Shown here in pieces: positions 58,168-64,000 of a DNA stretch of 64,000 bases. The position numbers and the translations under genes were made by a program. The DNA is from Bigelowiella natans CCMP2755 (taxonomy: Eukaryota; Protista; Cercozoa), in assembly GCA_000320545.1 (NCBI GenBank), contig ADNK01000555.1, positions 1-64,000 on the forward strand. Reading direction: 5' to 3'. The notes under the pieces were generated by a model that was given only the letters and a program-made list of their open reading frames with translations, ran no database searches and was not told the origin of the DNA. The stretch's first letter is position 1. Every line of letters begins with the position of its first letter.

Positions 58168-60128
58168 AGAGAAAGAAAGACAGAAAGATAGAGAGAAAGG
58201 AGATTATGCAATATTGGGAGACTATTGAGTCGAGTTAGGGCTAAATGCGACTTCCACAATTTGAAAAACAAATCATTACGTCTTGTCCAAGACGAAACAT
58301 ATCTTATAATCCGGATGTGTGAGAAATCCTATCAATACCGCATACAGCATTCGACTTTAGAAACGTATTCGGAATGATATAAATGCGAAAGGAAACATGG
58401 ATAGTTTTGCAGAGTGAGCATCACAAACGTCATAATTGATTTCTACTTCACTACTACCTAATTCTGTGAGCTTGATCTCCAGCCACTTCCAGGACGTTTG
58501 GCTCCAAAAGATAATATCTTTTCGAGTGCAATGCACATATAAGAAGAACCCAAAAAGAGAGGGATGGAAAACCAACCGTCAAGAGCCAGAAACGGAGATA
58601 TTAGAACAGCAAAATAAATTAGCAGGGGAAGATTTACCATAATAGGGGTACAGTTCTTTCAGAAAGTGATCGGAGAAAGGCCGTTTTAGCTCTGAACATT
58701 TGAGGCAGTGCAAAAAAATAAAGATAATTTTATGACCACTTTGCGATGACTGGTGCCTCATATAACTCAGTAAAATGCAAATCTCCAGCACTTCCGTATT
58801 AAATATCCGGGCATTAATGTTGATCTCTCAAATGCATATGGTAAATATGGAACAGTCACTGATGTAATTAGGATGGTGAGTGGTATTAGAATAATTCCAT
58901 CACCGTTAAAGTTTTCTGCGGAAGATTTCATGTCGAACAGAGTGTAGTCCAAATCCATCACTAGCTATACACCATTACACCAACATACTTATTTTTAGTG
59001 GAGCCAAAATCCGTGTTCTCATGGCATTTATAGCAACCAAGCTGCATGATATTTGTGCCATATATGTATAAATGAAGAAGTCTATCAGAAGAATATGCAG
59101 AAGATGTAAGCTTCGCGTGATTTTTGTGGGTTGATTTGTTCGTTTGTGTCATCGTCAAACCAGAGGCTTGTCCTTTCGAGGTTTGTTCATGATGTTTATT
59201 GTGAGTTGTCCAGCAACTTCCTTCTGATCAGACAATATTTTTGCGATTATCAATTAAAAGGAGCAAATCACTGAATTCTACCATCTTGGCAATATTTTCG
59301 GGCGCATTTTTCAGGATGAGGGCCTCTTCGATCTAGCATCCATAGTGCACATGGAAAATAAAATATTAATCATAACATGGAGCAAGCATGATTTATCCTA
59401 CAAATATCAAGAAAATGAGTTTGATCTCGTGTGTGTAAAAAAAATGTTGGCAAACGACTACTGGCAACATCTCTCCCTTCACTCTCTCTGAACGAACACA
59501 ACTACGCACGTCATAGTTGAAGTCTTGGTCTAGATCATTCAACACCTCCGGTAGATCCTTTTCGTCTGGTGTTATCAACTAGGTATTTGTTTTACACTGA
59601 CGGATGGTCTTAGGGTTGGGAGACATGTACAGTGCGTGCGCATAAGTTGCGTAGGTGTAGGCATTCACAGCACCTTTATCCACCACTGCCTCTGCTTCAG
59701 GTACGCCGACCATCATAAACTATGGAAACCAATCTTAGCTTGCAGATGAGAATATGCTTTCTCTATCTACCACAACCGCATACACCTTTTTCACTTCTCC
59801 CAAGTGATACCTTTGTTTTCCGCCCACCTCGGAGTGACAACGCCGCGAGCTTGGTGTTGTCGGAAATGCTTGTGGTCGACGACGATGATGATTCTGAGGA
59901 CGATGACGAATGTTCTTTTTTCTTGTGTAGACGCAGACCAATAAGTTTTTGTCGCTTCGGCTGCACCTGTGTCAGGTCTGCGAGCATCTGCCGCACTTTC
60001 CCAATTGTATGTTCTTTTGACAACTGGCATTTTATAGAAAACCATCCTTATGTTGTTAATGTACGGAACCTTTGCTGCTGTTGCTTACTCCCTCCCTCCC
60101 TCCCGTTCCCCTCCTCCAACCACCCCCC

Positions 60129-60177
<49 letters not shown>

Positions 60178-60333
60178 TCTCTCACTCTCGCTCTCTCTCT
60201 CTCGCTAGTTTGTTCTCACCTTGAGGGTGAAGCTCTTCTTTTGCCACTTGCATAGAAGCTCAACACTTGAGTCATCCTTCTTCGGGCTCGCAATTTTTTG
60301 CACATCCTTCGCCTTACCCTCTTTCACACTCAT
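57422..60333 (-). CDS. UBLCP1: Ubiquitin-like domain-containing CTD phosphatase 1
   Basis: N-terminal Ubl (LLCKWQKKSFTLK|LSKEHTIGKVRQMLADLTQVQPKRQKLIGL), HAD motif LVMDLDYTLFD, ELKRPF, IIFWSQTSWKWLEIKLTELG, DDLGRNF, MNPQSGLKI and DKELLYLTEYLKLIA. Confidence 0.9.
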
Positions 60334-60617
60334 GGTAGAGCTCAGAGCAATATCGGTGCGAACGTAGTTCTCTAGCCTCCCTCCCCTTTATTTTCTCCCC
60401 AAGCAAGGCAAGCTTTCTTTCCGAGGTCGTCTGCTTCCTTCGAGGAGGCGAAGAGAATTGGGGAAGGTGGTCATTGTGTCAAATATTCAACCCGAAAACT
60501 TCCACATGGAATGGGACATACGAAGTCGATATCTAGCCATCTAGCTTCGAGATAGTGCTCAACGGAAGCGGGACGGCGCATGTTTTTCGGAAGTTCCTCG
60601 GTCATCCATCCGGAAAG

Positions 60618-62149
60618 ATGGAATCAGCGGGAATTGAAGCGCTGCGACATGAACGACTGACTACCCCTTTCTCGTTGTCGCGGAACGGAAAGTCGCAAGT
60701 TCTCCAGCAGGGGCATTTATACAAATAAGTCAGTGTAGAATCATTGTCGCGGGGGTAATATACGAAGCCTAATTACCGTACTCTCTGTTCGGACTTCTGA
60801 CGCTCGTAGAGTTCGAATCGATCGCCTTCGAGATTCACGCAGCGCTCTTGGGGCATTCCCAGCTCCTGGAGATGAGCAATGTTGCCCACCATGGTGACCG
60901 AGGTAGATAAAATACGACTGCAGAATCTGTTTGCTGAATTAGTCTTACGGGGGAGCATTTTATCATATGGAGATGTGTATGACGTCAAGAGCGAATATGC
61001 GAAAGAGAGAATGATAGGATATGTAGGGTGAGACTGTTACAATGAAGGGTATCCTACACATCCCACTTACATTCGATTTCCGCTAAGATTCCAAGACGCT
61101 CAGCCATTTAGGTCACCAAGTCATTAATTTCTCTTTTGCAGCAGGCCATATGCAGAAAAATCGATCAGGTGCGTCGCCTACCATAGCACCCACCTCGGCC
61201 CCAGAAGCGTCTTCGCTTAACAACAGGAGCAAGATGAATTACCCGCCCGGTTTTGCACAGTATTCTGCGACATTGTCGCGTGAACAACAGCAGGCCTTCG
61301 TTTCTCGGTGAGCCCCCTGCTTTCGGCATATATACGCGACATATGCGTCCAAGTCTGATTCTCTCTCCCTCCCTTTAACTTTCCTCCCTCTGATGTACTA
61401 AATCGCAGCACTAGATAGACTCATCATCTATTCGTTTTCATCTCATTGGTTTAGACCTAGTTACTCCGCTATTGCCCGGCCCCAACAAAATGATCTCAAG
61501 ACCAGCATTAGAAATGCTGTGGTATCACTCAGCACAGGCTCTCTCTACTCAAAGAGTAGGGTTCATGGCGGTCGGAGACCTAAAAGAGGGACAGCTAGCG
61601 TCGCAAGCGAGAGGGTAAACAATTCCTCCTTGAATGGGGCGTTGTCATCCCAGAAAAAGTCGTATTTGGAAGTCTTGAAGAGAGCAGATAATCACCACGC
61701 TCCTGCTCCATCGATATATGATCGTAATAGCGGCAGAACTAGTGCTCATTTTAATAGCAATAGTGCTAACACACGCCAGCGAAACTCATCTCTACAGCAG
61801 GAGCGCAGCCATTACCATCAGCAGCAGCCCCAATATCAACTCTCATCGTCACGACAACGTGCTAATCAGAATCAATTTGATGTTGGGAATAATATTGGTT
61901 CCACAGCTGGAACACGATTCTCCACTCCCCAACCTCTCAATTCCCACCATCAGCAGTACTTTAAGCAAGGAACCAATTATGCGCACACGCAACACAACAG
62001 CTACACCCACCAGTATCAGCCTCAAAACGGTGGTATTTTCTCACATCCCTCTCATCATCATCATCATCAGCAGCAGCAGCAACCCATCCCCTCTAATTTC
62101 CATGGACATTCTACTCCTTCTCGCCTTGGATATGATAACCCACCGCTAT

Positions 62150-62189
<40 letters not shown>

Positions 62190-62403
62190 CGTGAGATCCC
62201 CACAATATCCTTATAACGGCTCGCACTTCCAGCCCGCCCCACAAGTTTATGTACCCCCTCCCAAATTTCAGCCTGTACAAAGTGTTCAGGTAGATAGTTA
62301 TAATGAAAATTTCATCGGAAGATGATTAGTGCGAAAAGCAGCAGTAGCAGCAGCAGCAGCACCATTGTGCTCCCATCTGCAACTGTATTCGCGAAGAACC
62401 GCA

Positions 62404-62448
<45 letters not shown>

Positions 62449-62490
62449 GCGCACACATATCCACATTAAAAATTGTGTCTTACATATTGG

Positions 62491-62524
<34 letters not shown>

Positions 62525-62843
62525 TCCTGGTGATGGATGGGATGTCGTTTACAGATTACGCGAGAATGGCTGATGAACCTTGCACGGACGATGATGAACA
62601 ATCCCCAGCTAGCAAATAGCGTGCGCGAACGGGGGAAGTTCCAAGAAAGAAAGAGAATCAGCAGCAAATACGACGACGTTTCTATCACTGGGGATATAAA
62701 CTTTGGGACAGTTGTTATTGAGAAGTCAAGAATAGAGCAGGACGAGGATCAAATATTAGGTGATGATGATGATGATAATGATGATTAATTGTTACATGGC
62801 ACGTATTGACGAAGGCACAGTTGAATAGCAAAGAATATGTATA

Positions 62844-62881
<38 letters not shown>

Positions 62882-63261
62882 TAGTAGATAACGCCCCTCC
62901 ACCCCCGCATATATTTTACTCTAGATGCACTTACAAAACTTGGAATGGTGGATGATGAAGATGGTGGCGATTATGGCGAGGGAGAAGAGGGGGAAGATGA
63001 TGGCGGTTATGGAGAGGGAGAAGAGGAGGAAGAGAAGGAGGGGGAGATAATAGAGGAAGATGAAGAGGAAGAGAAGAAGGGCGTGGATGAATCCTCTAAG
63101 TACGGTGAGGATGATAACGGGAATAAAAATCAAGCAGAAAGAGGAGGAGGAGGAGGAGGAGGAGGAGGGGGAGGAGGAAAGAGGAACAAGAGAAGCTTCT
63201 TAATTAGAAACATCTCACCTACCACGCCATATAAGGTTTGTTTATGATTTGACTCAGATGT

Positions 63262-63293
<32 letters not shown>

Positions 63294-64000
63294 TATCATA
63301 ATCATCATTGTACCATAAAAATATTCACTCTTCCTTCGCCTCCTCCTCAATCATCACCTACCCTCTACTTTCTTCATATTTCCTATTAGGTCATAGCGTT
63401 CGTAGTCCCCCCGGTGTACGAGCACTTCTCCATCTATCCCGAGGGGGGGGAGGGCCTATTACAGCCTGGACAATTCTTGGAAGTGCAGGTGGATGGCGTG
63501 AATGACAATTCGTGCTGATATATTAATCAGACCATGAATACGTGGTTTGAAAGCAAAACAACCAACAAATTGTCTATACTTCCAGGTGAAGTGCCACCAT
63601 TTCAACGACGACGATGATGATACGTCTGGGAAGAGGCAGCAGCAGCCAGGAACGTTTGCATGTTGGGTTATGTTTGTGATCCAAAGACCCACGATGTTCT
63701 CCCCCGATAAGATCGCAGAGGGCGAGCGCTATGTCGTCGTTCGGCGCCTCAGCGTGAGCAGAGCTTACGACGAGGACATCTTCAAGTAATATATGAATAG
63801 AATACGGAGGGAGAGGGGGGAGGAGGGGACGGGGGGAAACTACTGCGAAATATTCGTAAAATGGACAACAGCATTGTTTTTATTGCTGATTTGTGAGTTT
63901 GGTAAGTCTTGCATCTCGTGGACAAATAATGCACCTCATCCTCATTCCGCCTCCTCCTTCTGACCCATACATGCAACCTTGCTGTTGTAATCTGAGAATG
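60618..64000 (+). CDS. Hypothetical protein with Q/H/N/S-rich and acidic regions; runs off the window end
   Basis: The long ORF 61519-62325 is followed by AG/GT-bounded exons at about 62555-62760, 62927-63100, 63466-63497 and 63587-63785. No family recognised; the start is uncertain. Confidence 0.45.

Noticed and set aside
59805-59830. LSLRGG in UBLCP1 as a ubiquitin cleavage site
   Set aside because: It aligns with the internal LKLKP segment of the UBLCP1 Ubl domain rather than a processed C-terminus; probably coincidental.

Overview
Eukaryotic nuclear DNA with dense GT-AG introns, many microsatellite-filled. The organism is probably a flagellated protist; a chlorarachniophyte such as Bigelowiella is my guess from intron density, IFT22 and a signal peptide followed by LRLRGG, and is unverified. 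Most entries in the supplied ORF track are artefacts of simple repeats, so I rebuilt genes by hand from splice sites and protein motifs; exon coordinates are approximate unless stated. About 16 genes: DHX37 (3' part, +), RanBP2-type Zn-finger protein (-), IFT22 (+), TKL kinase (-), SnoaL/NTF2-like (+), adenylosuccinate synthetase (-), hypothetical (+), a giant secreted multidomain protein (-), membrane protein (+), signal-peptide multi-PDZ protein (+), hypothetical (-), sulfotransferase (+), ankyrin protein (-), CHCHD2/Mix17 (+), UBLCP1 (-), hypothetical (+). Three things stand out. (1) About 15 separate ORFs between 22.5 and 36.2 kb splice in phase into one gene of roughly 3,200 aa, with Ig-like, PAN, sushi and beta-trefoil modules, three copies of an unrecognised Cys domain and a helical C-terminus. 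(2) Gene orientation alternates almost perfectly. (3) Every tail-to-tail spacer is a distinct block rich in CTAG/CATG/TGCA palindromes, whereas head-to-head spacers are not. I found no rRNA, tRNA, CRISPR array or intact transposon.
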